64,000 nucleotides of DNA, from assembly GCF_009914755.1 (NCBI RefSeq), contig NC_060932.1; one strand, given 5' to 3'. The translations under genes were made by a program, and so were the position numbers. This document shows, in pieces, positions 33,203-50,456 of this stretch. Within the stretch, counting starts at the first letter, position 1, and each line of letters opens with the position of its first letter. The notes below the pieces were generated by a model. The model was given only the letters and a program-made list of their open reading frames with translations, was not told where the DNA came from and did no database searches. This DNA is from the human T2T-CHM13v2.0 reference genome, Homo sapiens.

Positions 33203-34542
33203 TTACCATGCCCCTCCTCTTCCTAATGCCTTAGCACGGCGTTAAGTCAGTTAGTCTGTCTGACTGTCTGTCTGAAACCTTCCTTGTTGTTCTCATTTCC
33301 AACCGCATCCTCTCAATCCTACCTCCCCAGACTCCCAGGTGGTATTATTACCCCCAAACATTTAGGGATGCTTACTGTGTACTCCAGGGTGTGCTGAGCA
33401 GTCCGCACACGCATGGCCTTATCTCATTTCATGCTTTTCCATCCTGTGGCCTCTGTTCTCTGCCAGACTCTGCCCAGAATGCTTCTCTACAACCTGGTGA
33501 GTTCTGAGCAATCCTTCAAATCCAGATCAAAAGCTACCTTCTCTGTGGAAAACTCCCTGGCCCAGGCCAGAGAATTGCCCCCTCCTCTGTGCTCGCAGAG
33601 CACTCTGTCCTCTGGTGACTGGACTGCTGTGGATGTATCTGCCCCCAGCAACCCGAGGATGTCTTTGAGGAAAGTTATTAACTGGGTGCTCAGGCAAAGC
33701 CTGAAATGATCAGGTGTCTCGTGAACATTTGCCTAATTTATTTGGATTGAAAAAAACAGTCCCCAAAACATTAGGCCAGCAGTGAAGACCCTTCCTGGGC
33801 AAAGAATGGGTTTCAAATGAATTTGGGAGTCCTGTGACTCTCAAAACTTCACAGACCCCCAGTGCCCAGAAGTGTGAAGACCTCGCACTCCAGCTCCATG
33901 GTTTTTAGAATGCAAGCTGGACCAATGGAAAAACTGCAGGCTTTTTGGGGATGGGGAAGTATTTATTGGGAAAACTATCTAAAAACAGTGGAATAATTCA
34001 TTCAGGCCACAAAAGATGCAATATCAGATATGGAGATGTAGCTTTACCAGCTGAAGACACAACAGGGGTGAATGCTCTATGTATTTCCATTAGGACTAAT
34101 CAGAATTTCAAAATACCCAGATGACTGCATAAAAGCAAAACTTGCATGCGTTTATCCTCCCTCTCCTTCTTGAAGGTAATGTATGTGTCTGTATTCTTAT
34201 AACTAATTTCAGAAACACAGAATGTAATTCCTGTGTCCTTCTTTTGAAAGTGAAAAAACAATGATCACTTTCTTTCCCTCTAAATCACTTAAGCTCCGGG
34301 AAATCCAACAGTCTCAAGACGTAAATAGAGGATATGTCTAGAATCTTAGACTTTAGCAGGCATTCCAATGCAAAAACAAGCTACTCTGCCTGCAAGAAGA
34401 AATGCAGGCTCTTCTATTTTGGGAGACTTTAAGAACGTGGAGGTTTTGACAAAAGAGAAATAGCAGCAAGCTTGGTCCTATTCACACAAGGAGAGAGAAG
34501 GTGGAAGAATGAAGATTATCCTTTGTCAGAATGAAGGTAAGA

Positions 34543-34913
34543 ATGGAATATTACACAGACACAAAAAAGAATGAGATGATGTCCTTTGCAGGGACATGGA
34601 TGGAGCTGGAGGCCATTATCCTTAGCAAACTAACACAGGAGCAGAAAACCAAATACTGCATGTTCTCACATGTAAGTAGGAGCTAAATAATGAGAACACG
34701 TGGACGCATAGAAGGGAACAACACACACTGGGGACTTTCAGAGGGTGAAGAGTGGGAGGAGGGAGAGGATCAGGAAAAATAACTAATGGGTTAATGGCTT
34801 AATACCTGGGTGATAAAATAATCTGTACAACAAACTTCTATGACAAGTTTACCTATGTAACAAACCTACACTTGTACTCCTGAATTCAAAATAAAAGTTA
34901 AAAAAAAAAAAAA
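34543..34913 (+). mobile_element. L1PA 3' end, 5'-truncated
   Basis: atgtcctttgcagggacatggatggagctggagg, poly(A), TSD gaatgaaggtaag. Confidence 0.92.
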
Positions 34914-35629
34914 GGAATGAAGGTAAGGTCTAGGCTGTGTGACCTTGACCAAGCCATCTTAGTTTTCAGGGTATCGGAGTTCTCATCCATTCAATTCTAA
35001 CAATAGCAAAGGAGTCGAAAAGACTAAACAACACTGCCTCTGACACAGGAGAGGTGCTTGGTAAACATCCTATTATTTATTCCCCTATGCTGTTGATTTT
35101 TTTGCAATTGAAGAAGCAGATGTAGTAATTGGCAAACTAATTGTCTCCCTTCCCAACTGTCTTTAAAGACCCAATCCTCCTCACTTCTTTGAGACCTCTG
35201 TCACCAAAATGTCTTGGGGTCTAAAATAGAAAAGACGCAGCTCTAGAGCCCTGGGAATGACTCATTGATTATAATTTACTCTGAGAAGTGCTAATGTACA
35301 GGAATTACAGAAAGCCAAGGAACACAGAGAAAAAGCCCATGACTCACCCTGCAGCTGATCAGGGAGAACTTCCTGAAGATGTTGGAGCTAAGTCTTCAAG
35401 GACAAACAGGAAACGGCCAGGTCAGAGGATGGGGAGGGATGAGGGCTTTTCCCCATAAAATAACTGCAGTTGGAGAGGTTATGGAGATTATAGGAGATGT
35501 GGGGTGCTTCAAGGCTGGGTGCTCGAAAGCTAGGTGAGGAAGGATACCTCACCCTCTCTGGCAAGTAAGAAACAGGAGGGTGCTGAGCAAGTCTGAGTGG
35601 CGAGGGGAGGCCATTCTGTCTCTGCCCAA

Positions 35630-35816
35630 GATCAGGTGGATCCTGATTTTGGGAAGCTTGAAGCTGATATACTCTGGCAGGAGTCTTTCTTTAAGAAGAC
35701 TCTTAAGTAATGTAACATTACAAACACGAAATTAGAGATTGGTCTGGGAAGGGGCTGTGTAAGTCAGGTGACCCTACCACTTAAGCTTCATCAGTTTCAT
35801 AATAAACTCATCTCTG
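35630..35816 (-). mobile_element. MER53-like hAT MITE
   Basis: Reverse complement begins cagagatgagtttattatgaaactgatgaagcttaag. Confidence 0.6.
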
Positions 35817-35976
35817 CTAACTAAGACTCTTACCCCATCTTTCACCCACTATGCATGTGGGGCTTCAGAAAGAGTACTGGCTTAGGAATCAGGATCCTGG
35901 TTCTAGTCGAGTCTCCATCACCACCTGATCAAATTAGGGTATATTTCTGTTCCAGCTGATCTCTAAGGTCCTTTCT

Positions 35977-36485
35977 ATCTCCATCCATCCATCCATCCAT
36001 CCATCCATCCATCCATCCATCCATCCAGCTATCCATCCATCCATCCATTCATCCACCCATTCATCCATCCATGCATCCATCCATCCATTCACCTATTTAT
36101 CCACTCATCCATCCATTCATCCACGTATTTATCCACCCACCCCTCTATTCATCCATCCATTCATTCATCTATCCATTCGTCCAGCCTTCTATTTATCCAT
36201 CCAGTCATCCATCCATCCACCTATTTATCCACTCACCCATCCATTCACCCACTCAGTCATCCAACCATTCATCCATCCACCTGTTTATCCACTCATTCAT
36301 CTATTCATCCATCCACCTATTTATCCATCCATCCATCTATCCATTCATTCACCCACCCATCCATTCACCCACCTATTCACCCAATCTGCCAATTCATCCA
36401 TTCATGCACCTATTATCCATCTACTCACCTACTCATCTATCCATCCTTCCATCCATCCCTCCTTCCCTCCCTCCCTCCCCACCTC
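35977..36485. repeat. (TCCA)n/(TTCA)n degenerate satellite, ~500 bp
   Basis: Perfect CCAT run, then degenerate units. Confidence 0.95.
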
Positions 36486-37154
36486 CCTCATTTCATGAGT
36501 AAGGCCATTTTAAGAACATCCAATCTTCTTACTTTTTTAGAAGCTCTATTCCACCTCACATCAAATGCAATAAAATTTACTCATATTATGCATTAAATAA
36601 ATATACATATATATCTGTATTTGCTGTAAAATTTTGAAGTTTTTAGAGACTTTGCTTTCAAAAATTTTATTTACTCAACCAATATTATTGAGTACCTACT
36701 ATGAACCGGGCACTGTTCTAGGCATTGGGGACAGAGAAGTAACAAACATTTCAGGTCTTATGGAACTTATTTGGGGTTGAGTCCAACAAATAGATAGAAA
36801 ATATATACAGTATGGTAGATAAATGTCATGGATAAAAATAAAGCAAGAAATATAAAGAACAAAAGAATGAGGCAAGATTGGTTTATTGTCCATGAACAAG
36901 GGTTTTTAAATGGTTGGTTCTGGCCTTTAGAGTGATAAAAGACAATTGAGATTCATCCCAATGGCCTCAAGTTAGATGGTGTCGGTGAGACTGAGGTGGA
37001 ATGGGGGTCTTGCCAGGAACACCCAGGACCCTGGAACTCACCCTTAACTTAGGGATAATGCTGATGTTTGGCTTTGAGCAACCCAGTTTACAAATGACCA
37101 TGATTCCTCAGTAATCAAAGTGCACTTCCAATTTACAAGTCTAAAATGAAATAA

Positions 37155-37470
37155 GGCCAGGTGCAGTGGCTCTTGCCTGTAATCCCAGCACCTCGGGAAG
37201 CCAAGGCAGGTGGATCACTTGGCCAAACTCTCAAACAGGAGTTTGAGACCAGCCTGGGCAATGTAGCGAGATGCCGTCGCTACAAAAAAGAAAAAATACA
37301 AAAATTAGCCAGGAGTGGTGGCATGCGCCTGTGGTCCCAGCTACTCAAGAAGCTGAAGTAGGAGGATTGCTTGAGCCTGGGAGGTCAAGGCTGCAGTAAG
37401 TTAATGATAGCATCACTGTGCCCCAGCCTAGGCAACAGAGTGAGATCCTGTCTCTAAATGAAATGAAATA
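37155..37470 (+). mobile_element. AluJ-like
   Basis: Full dimer with a small internal insertion. Confidence 0.9.
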
Positions 37471-37879
37471 TTTATGAATGCTAAATCTAGATGTAAGGAT
37501 GATATGGTAGCATGACATTTGTAGACATTAATTAAATATGTATTCGATTGTGGTTTCTATTTGAATCTAGAAGCCAGTACATTTTTCCAAGGTCTCATAC
37601 ATTTTTTGCATGCTCCTGAAAAGCTTGCAAGTATTGTGCAAATGGACTAACTGTCCTTTTGCACAGACTCCCACACTTGGGACAGGTACTCCTGTAGATG
37701 TGAAGATGCATGAAGACACAGGCAGCCTTGCCCACAGAGAGCTCATGGTTCATGTTCACAGCTACTCTGGGCTTCTGCATCTATAAAAAAAGAGGTCAGA
37801 TTCACCCCATAGAATGATTGTGAGGCTTCAACAAGATCACCCCTGGCCCTCACACAGACCTCCAAACCCTCGTGCCTCC

Positions 37880-39458
<1,579 letters not shown>

Positions 39459-39529
39459 TGATGACTTGCCATCAATCACAGGCAAAATTATAGAAACCAA
39501 AGGGCTGCTTTATGTTATTTAGAAAATAG

Positions 39530-41480
<1,951 letters not shown>

Positions 41481-41522
41481 GTCTATGAAACCTGTGCATG
41501 ACATGCACAAAGGAAACATAGA

Positions 41523-42087
<565 letters not shown>

Positions 42088-42128
42088 CAGTTTATTCTGA
42101 AACCAAAGAGATTTGATTTTAAATATGA

Positions 42129-42578
<450 letters not shown>

Positions 42579-42786
42579 AGTTTGCCTCTGAGATCAACAC
42601 GTAGTATTGGTTTAGAAGAAGATTCAGGCACCTTCCGCCCACATTTTTAAGATTTCAAAGGCAAAGAGCTTTGAAACCCCCCTTGAAGCACAGCTTTTTG
42701 TGAGGTGCAGCACTTCCTGTGTCCAGCCTTCTCAAGGACCGCTGAACCTCCGCGTGATGCGCGCCGAGACCAGGGTTTACTCTCTC

Positions 42787-42800
42787 CTGCCACCTGCTGG
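42787..42800 (-). promoter_or_regulatory. Candidate CTCF site CCAGCAGGTGGCAG
   Basis: Matches the core consensus CCASYAGRKGGCRS and sits next to a local CpG cluster at 42740-42770. Confidence 0.6.
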
Positions 42801-44107
42801 TCCTTCGCTGCATCTCTTCTTTCTCTAGGACACTGGTGGTATCCACACTGGATAATACTCTGTCACCTAGAGTTCCTTCCAGTGGCTCATACTAAATCCA
42901 GGAAAATCAGAAATTCACAGATGATGAGGACTGGAGAAGACCCAGAGCTCTTTCTAAACTGGGCTCCGAGCCAGAGCTCTCCAGAGCCCTTAAAAACTGA
43001 TAGCTCCTGGACAATGGACAGCCCACAGACAAACCTTGTTTGGCCTATACAATATTAAATAATTTTGAGCCAATATATAAAAATTTGGAAACTTTACCTA
43101 AAAAATCTAGATTTGTAATGTTATGTTACCGGGTATTCATGAAGTCTCAAAGCAGAGAGCAAGAAGGGATTCTGGTTGTAAGACACACAATGCATGATAT
43201 ACAGAAAGAGAGCCAAACCAATCACCCCAACAGCTCTACAAGATGTGACAATTTAAAGGACTGCACTGAAGGGAATCCACGGGCCCAGGAAGGGAGAGCT
43301 CCACTCTTCCAATCCTACTACACCAAGCTGAATGAGGAGCCTTCTGGAACTTGGCGATGGGCCGGGGGTGGACAGATCCTGCTTCTCACCTGGATAATTC
43401 TTAAGGCAGGACACAAGCTAGAGCTACCCACAACAGCAAGTTGGGGAGACAGTGGTAGCAGCTGGCCAAACTGGACTTGCCTCATTTAGCAAGTGGTTTC
43501 CCTCGATCACAGGGAAGCAATAGCAGAAAGCTGGGTTCCAGGTGAGAGCTAAATTGTTGAGACTTCACCGACGAGGGCTGCTGGCAAAGTGGGCTCAAGT
43601 CTCAGAGGTGGCTGCAGGTGTGCCCTTTGTGACTGGGAAAGGGTGTGAGATTGTAAAGACCCAGTTGGGAAGCGCATTCCAGGATCAGACAACTATGGCA
43701 CTGACAATCCTTACAGCGAGCCTGAAGAACCCACAAATGGGTGGAAAAGAACCAGCCCTGGGGCCTCTGCTGCAGTGGGGCTGCCAACAGCCAGGTTGTA
43801 AGAGTGCCCGCCATGAAAGACTCTCCTCTTTTTCTCTGACTCCTGCCCTCTGCCCCTGTCCTAGAGGATCCAGCGGCTAATCCTCCCTAAACCCACCTTC
43901 TCCAGCCTCCACTCCCATTCTGGAGGGGCCGTCGCTGGGGAAGAGGAGGACCATGGGGCATTCTGGAAGAGGCAGGGTGAAGTATCAGATGTGAACCAGG
44001 AGGTGAGCTGAAGTTCTGAATTATATGTGAGATTGAAGTTCTGATTTAAATGAGAAGAACTTTTCATATGTAAAGGGAAATTGTCATTGTAAAACAGAAC
44101 AGTTCTT

Positions 44108-44435
44108 GGCTGGGCGGGATGGCTCATGCCTGTAATCCCAACACTTTGGGAGGCCGAGGTGGGAGAATTACTTGAGCCCGGGAGTTCGAGGCCAGCTGGG
44201 GCAACATGGAGGGGGCCCCACTGTACACAAAATTAAAAACTTAGCTGGGTGTGCTGTTTAGTTAAGTGGTTAGTAAAGGTGGTTAGTAAAGGCATGGTGG
44301 CATGTGCCTTTAGTCCCAGGTATTTGAGAGCTTGAAGCAGGAGGATTTTGAGTCTAGAAGGTTGAGGCTGCAGTGAGCTGTGATTGCACCGTTGCACTCC
44401 AGCCTAGGCAACAGAGCAAGACCCTGTCTCAAATA
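44108..44435 (+). mobile_element. AluJ-like with internal non-Alu insertion
   Basis: Dimer interrupted at ~44254-44290. Confidence 0.88.
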
Positions 44436-44843
44436 TATATAACAATTCCTGTATTGGAAAGTGATCAGGAAATCATGGAATCTGATCTGTTCATCCAAGA
44501 TGGCATCTAAGGGCGGGGAAGAGAATTCAGAGCATTGTTGAAGAAAGTGGGAGAAACAAGCAACTTCCTTTTTTCGGTCCTACCAAGTTCAGCTCTTTCA
44601 ATGCACTTTACTCATTGACTTCCCTTATAAAACTCCATTTCCCCACAACTGAAGCAGCTGCCCTAAAGGAAGAGCTATGTGCTCTCTGGCTCATCCCAGC
44701 CCCCACAGCTCACAGGATGTGAGCCACTTTCCTCACCCTCCCACAGGTGTTACCTGCCCCTGCAGCACCAGAATGTACAGTCCTGCTCTAGCTCTATTCC
44801 TCATCTCCCAGTGGGCAAATGGAGGCCCAGGGAGGACAAGTCA

Positions 44844-45195
<352 letters not shown>

Positions 45196-45854
45196 AGGAG
45201 CAGAGCTGTATCCTAAATGCACACCGCGGAAGGTAGAGTCTAGGAGTGGAAATGGTGTGTGCTCCCTTTCCTTCAGTAGACAGTGCATTAAATATCCTCA
45301 CCCACACAAGAGCTCTTCTCCCATCCATTCTGATGGGGTAAGAAGAGGTGCCAGGGCCCTGGGAAGCTCTGGCAGGCTGGGCGTGGGGAGAGGATCAAAG
45401 GGGCACTGGAGGTGCCTGGGGCCAGTCCTGTTCCCACCCCCTCGCACCTGCAGACACTCCCACTTCTGCCCCACCCTCAAGCACAGGGATGAAAGCAAAC
45501 AGCTTTCTTCTTTGGGTCATTCTACATGGAGCTCAGATTTTAATTGGATCAGAGGAGCTTATTAAGAAACCATTCATCCTGTAACTCTGTGTCCAAATAG
45601 AGGCCCGCTCAAGGGTAGGGACACCAAGTGGCTCCTAATCTTCTTGTTGGTCTTCATTTCTCAACTCATTATCTTCCCCTCAGCCCCATGGTGTGGGAAT
45701 GCGGTATTTTCTCTTGGATTACAAGCCCCAGGATGCAAAGGCAGAGAGAAGCCCCTCCCCCTTCCCTGTAGCTGAGCCACTGCTTCCGCCAGCCCTAGAA
45801 GCAGGCAGAATCCCCAAGCTCAGCTGAGTCCAGAACAAGAGCTTCTGCCTTTGA

Positions 45855-46155
45855 TTTTTTTTTTTTTTTTTAATCGGGTCTCACTCAGGCTCAGGCTGGA
45901 GTGCAGTGGTGAGATAACGGCTCACTGCAGCCTTGACCTCCCAGGCTCAAGCAATCCTCCCACCTCAGCCTCCTGCGTAGGTGGGACTATAAGGCGACTG
46001 CCAACAACCTGGACTTTTTTTATTGTTGTATTTTTTGTAGAGATGGGGTTTTGCCACGTTGCCCAGGCTGGTCTTGAATTCCTGGACTTAAGCAATCTGT
46101 CCCTCTTGGCCTCCCAAAGTGCTGGGATTACAGGCATGAGTCCACTGCCCCTGGC
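45855..46155 (-). mobile_element. AluJ-like
   Basis: TSD ctgcctttgatttt. Confidence 0.9.
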
Positions 46156-46458
46156 TGCCTTTGATTTTTAAAAAGGTAACGCTGATTGGCCCCAAGCAGG
46201 GGAACTGGAAACACTTTCACCCTATTCCCGTTTATACCTTTTGATTCTGCACCATGAGTACCTATGCCTGTAAATTTTTAAAAAATTAATTATTTTGTGG
46301 AAAAGAAAAATTCTTCCTGATCCCAAAGCCCAGGAGATCCTGGGGGGCCACTCCTCCAGGACCTCCTGGGCTTTGGGGGCGTTAACAGAGGGCCTGCAGG
46401 GAGGAGGCAGCAGCTAAAATGAGGGGAGATTTGTGTGTTTTGTTTACCCGCTTTTATC

Positions 46459-47029
46459 TTTTTTTTCTTTTTTTTTTTTTAAATAGAGACAGGGTCTCCC
46501 TGTCCCCCAGGCTGGAGTGCAGTGGTGCTATCACAGCTCACTGCAGAATCAAACTCCTGGGCTCAAGCAATCCTCCTGCCTTGGCCTCCTGAGTAGCTAG
46601 GACTATAGGAATGCCTAGCTAATTTTTATATTATTATTATTATTTTGTAGAGAGAGGGTCTCAGTATCTTGCCCAAGCTGGTCTTGAACTCCTGCGTTCA
46701 AGTAATCCTCCCGCCTTGGCCTCCCAGTGTTGGGATTATAGGATTGAGCCACTGCACTCTTCTGCCTCAGCTGTTGATGTAGGCAGGTGGATCACCTGAG
46801 GTCAGGAGTTCGAGACCAGCCTGGCCAACATGGCAAAACCCCGTCTCTACTAAAAATAAAAAAATTAGCCAGGAGTGATGGTGCGCGCCTGTATTCCCAG
46901 CTACTTGAGAGGCTGAGGCAGGATAATTGCCTCGGAGACGGAGGTTGCAGTGAGCCAAGATCTTGCCATTGCACTCCAGCCTGGGCAACAGAGCGAGACT
47001 CTGTCTCAAAAAAAAAAAAAAAAAAAAAA
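46459..47029. mobile_element. Head-to-head Alus (46459-46757 minus; 46781-47029 plus, 5'-truncated)
   Basis: Opposite orientations, separated by 23 nt. Confidence 0.9.
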
Positions 47030-48700
47030 TGCTGTTTGGTAACCAGATTTAAGCTTTGTCTATTTCAGACCTTCCAGCTGATTCCAAAGACTCTCCTAAA
47101 AGCAATTCCAGTTTTGAAATGTTATGTAAGCCTCACTGATGCAGAGTACATAAAATAAAATACGAACTTCAGAGTTTGGAAGGGACATTACATGAAGACC
47201 AGGGCTTCACAGTGGAAGACGATTCTGGCAAGGCTAGGCTGGTTCCAGGGCACTGCACGGTACCCCGAATATTTTCTCTTTTTCAGTCTGTGGTTTTCAT
47301 CTGCTGACCCTGCATTGTGTCTTCACCAAGGGTCAAAAAGCTTCAAGTCTGACAGATCAGCCTTTACCACCTGAAAGATCCCGGTTCTCTTCTGAAATCA
47401 TAAGCAAATGTTAGCCTTGTCTATGGATAGCAAACTGCTGATGCAGAAACCAAAACACCAGCAGGAGCCCAGGCAGCTAAGGCCTCATCCAGGCAGGATG
47501 TGAAATGTCAGGCCATTTGTCTTATATTTTCACTGCAGTGGTTACAAGATGGGATTGATGTTGGAACAAAACACAACACTGACTTTGGAGAATTCCTTGT
47601 GTTTTTTTTTCAGCGTTAAATATTGACACCCACTCACCAGGCTTGAGAACTAGAAAAGCTACATGGATTTCTAGAGTGAGCAATGATTTCCTCTGGCCGC
47701 CATTCCTTGCCAGGTCGGTGCCACTCAGCACATGCCAAGGGCAGAGACCAGTTTCTTGTTTCATCTGGCTATGGTGTAGACCTACAGTCATACCGCTAAG
47801 GTAGAAAGCTCACAGCCCCTCCAAAAATTGACACAATAATGAAATCAGAAAGACAAAACTAAGCAATCAATTTAAGACAGAAAAAGAGGTATGTATAATC
47901 TAATGATAAACCCAGGTTAAAAGATGGCATTGGGTAGGTATTTGTATTTTCACTGCACTGCTAAGTCACCTAGTATATACACACATCTCTAAATTTTTCT
48001 GTATAAAAATTCTGGATTCAAACTACATTCCCTATATAGACTAATTTACTTAAACATTTAAACCCCAGAACACTAGCAGCTAAGGGAGTTAAAACCAATG
48101 GATGCAGGTATTGCCCTGACTAGAAATGCAAACCAAATGTGCTCTGGTAAACATTTAAGAATTCAAATATGCTTTTACAGCTGGGAGAAAAACTTGTATG
48201 TTTGTGTGGCTCCTCTGAGCCTAAAACCTCCCTGCAAGCATTCTCACAATAGTGTAAACTCTATCATAAAAGAGGTGAAAATCTATCAACAGAACACAAC
48301 CCATAGCCCTACAGTCATCCATGAAACCGCCCAGGAAGTCTTCACATTTGCAGGCTTGCCTTGGCCAAAATTTCAGGCAGACCCCCAGGAATTTTGGGAG
48401 AGCAGAGGGTCAAGCTGTAAACTCCAAGTACTAGTGTTCAAATATTGTGGCCTTTCAGCTCTGGGTTCTTCAATCCTCCTCCTGGAATTCTTGGGCGACC
48501 TTCCCTTTACTAGGATTTGCTCCTCTCCTCCTGCTGTGACTGTGTGAAGGGCAGGCATCATCACATGGGGAGCCAAGTACCTCCGTCTCCCCACTTGCCT
48601 AAAACAAGCAGGCACATCCCATCAGTGAGACTGGAACTTGCAGGAGAAAATAAGAAGTGAAATCTCTCTCACACACACAGTTCTACTCAAACTATAAGCT

Positions 48701-48706
48701 TTTATT
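48701..48706 (-). terminator. Distal poly(A) signal AATAAA of CCDC25
   Basis: TTTATT on +, with an upstream UGUA (taca 48716-19) and a downstream (UG)n element (48670-48680). Confidence 0.8.
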
Positions 48707-50450
48707 ATTGTATTTTACAGATCATTCATTCAGGACATGCTGCATCTGGGGTTGGCATCATTTCCCTTTTGAATGACAGAATGTGCATAAAAGTCTCTTG
48801 CCCACGCTGAACTCACACGTGCCCGGCAGGAAGGAGCTCTCACGAAGTGCCAGCTGGATGTGAGCTTGCTCTGGCAGCAGCAGTGCTGTCCTTGTTTCTG
48901 AGCTGCCACCTATTCACTGGAGTTAGGTGGGTCAAAGCTGAAATTTAGCTTGGAATTTAAGTTTCTAATTTTATACTTTTCATTGTGGTCTGGTCAGATT
49001 TTAGTCTGCTTCAAAATCAAAAGGTCACTCAGTCACTCTAATATGATCATTTTGAATATGGAAATTTGTTATTTACATGCTGTACCTCAAATCAAAGAAA
49101 AAGCACGCGTCAATATCACGCGTAGGAAAAACTAGAAAATTGTTCCTTTTCCATTTTGCCACCCTGCTCAGTTTTCCTCATAAACGGTTCCAGCTTGGAA
49201 AACAAGAGCTTCCCCTCTCAGACAGATGCAGCAGCGGGAGGAAGGGCTTTGGTCTTAAACTAGAAGCTGCAGCTGAAACTCTCCCCGTCTAATCCTGCTG
49301 TGTGTATGGCTCACACCATCTTTCCTGAGTGGGGAAAACCGCTGGCACTGAATAGCTGAAAGGCTCGCTGAAATCTGTGCTTCAAGAACGAGTTAAAGAC
49401 AATACAATAAAACACATAGACACTGAAGGGGTTCAACTAATGTCCATCACTTATTCTGCTAATGTCAGTGCCTTTCAATAAACTTCTCAACATCTGTGTT
49501 GGTAAACTTCTCAATATTTGTTCTAGCCCAACCACGGTGACAAAGCTCCCTTGCCCAAAGATCGTGAGCCTAGACAAAGGTGGATAAGAAATATGAAGTC
49601 TAAAGCTATAGAATATAGCAGTTAGTGAAGTAAATTAAACATGCCCCTCGCCTGCATGCTGATCAGAGTGTTGAAACTGAAGACGACATTGGCAAAATGA
49701 CTCAGACCCACAGCACAGATTTGATCAAGGGCACAGCTCATAAAAATAGCAACAATTTCGAATTCTCCTATCCAACGTTTAGGAAACAATCCAATGGCAA
49801 GAAATGAGAGGAGTTCAATGCCAACAGTTTGACCTGTGGGCAATCAACCTATAAGTCCTCAAAAGAAAATTTCCTTGCTTTCCCTGGGACCAACAGAGAT
49901 GGGGAAAAAAATAAAACAAAGAGGCTGCAGGGTTAGGGGCATAGGAATCAACACAGAGGAGGTTGGAGAGCTATGAATTCAACAAGAGAATTCAGCAGAG
50001 ACCTGGACATTTTAAACCAGTGTAAGCTGAGTTAGGAAATGTTTAAAGTTTGAGCCCCAGGACCTCTCATACTATAGTAAAAATATATGTATTTTTCAAA
50101 AGCGCTATCTACATGTGTTGCAGTGTGAGGTACAGAGGAATTCTGTAGAAGCCGGACTCCTTGGAAGTATGGAAGGAGCACAGCTACGAATACATCTGAG
50201 ATGTATCAAGAATACATCTGAGAAAGGACATCCCTTTGACCCAGTGAGCAGCTGGAAGAAAGAGGCATTTAGCAGAGGAGGAGAAAGATGATAGCCCCGT
50301 ACAGAACCTGTCAGACTGAGCCTATGATGAATGAGGTTTTTTAGAGCAAGATCACCCTCAAAACCAGCTTGTGGAATGGGGGCTACCCTTTTTAATAGCA
50401 AATTCTAAGAATTCATATATCAATGTCCTTCCAGATTAAAAAAATGGTAT

Positions 50451-50456
50451 TTTATT
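50451..50456 (-). terminator. Proximal poly(A) signal AATAAA of CCDC25
   Basis: TTTATT on +, with a U-rich stretch downstream on the minus strand. Confidence 0.6.

Noticed and set aside
49104-49123. cacgcgt x2 in the 3'UTR
   Set aside because: Too short to distinguish from chance or a micro-duplication.
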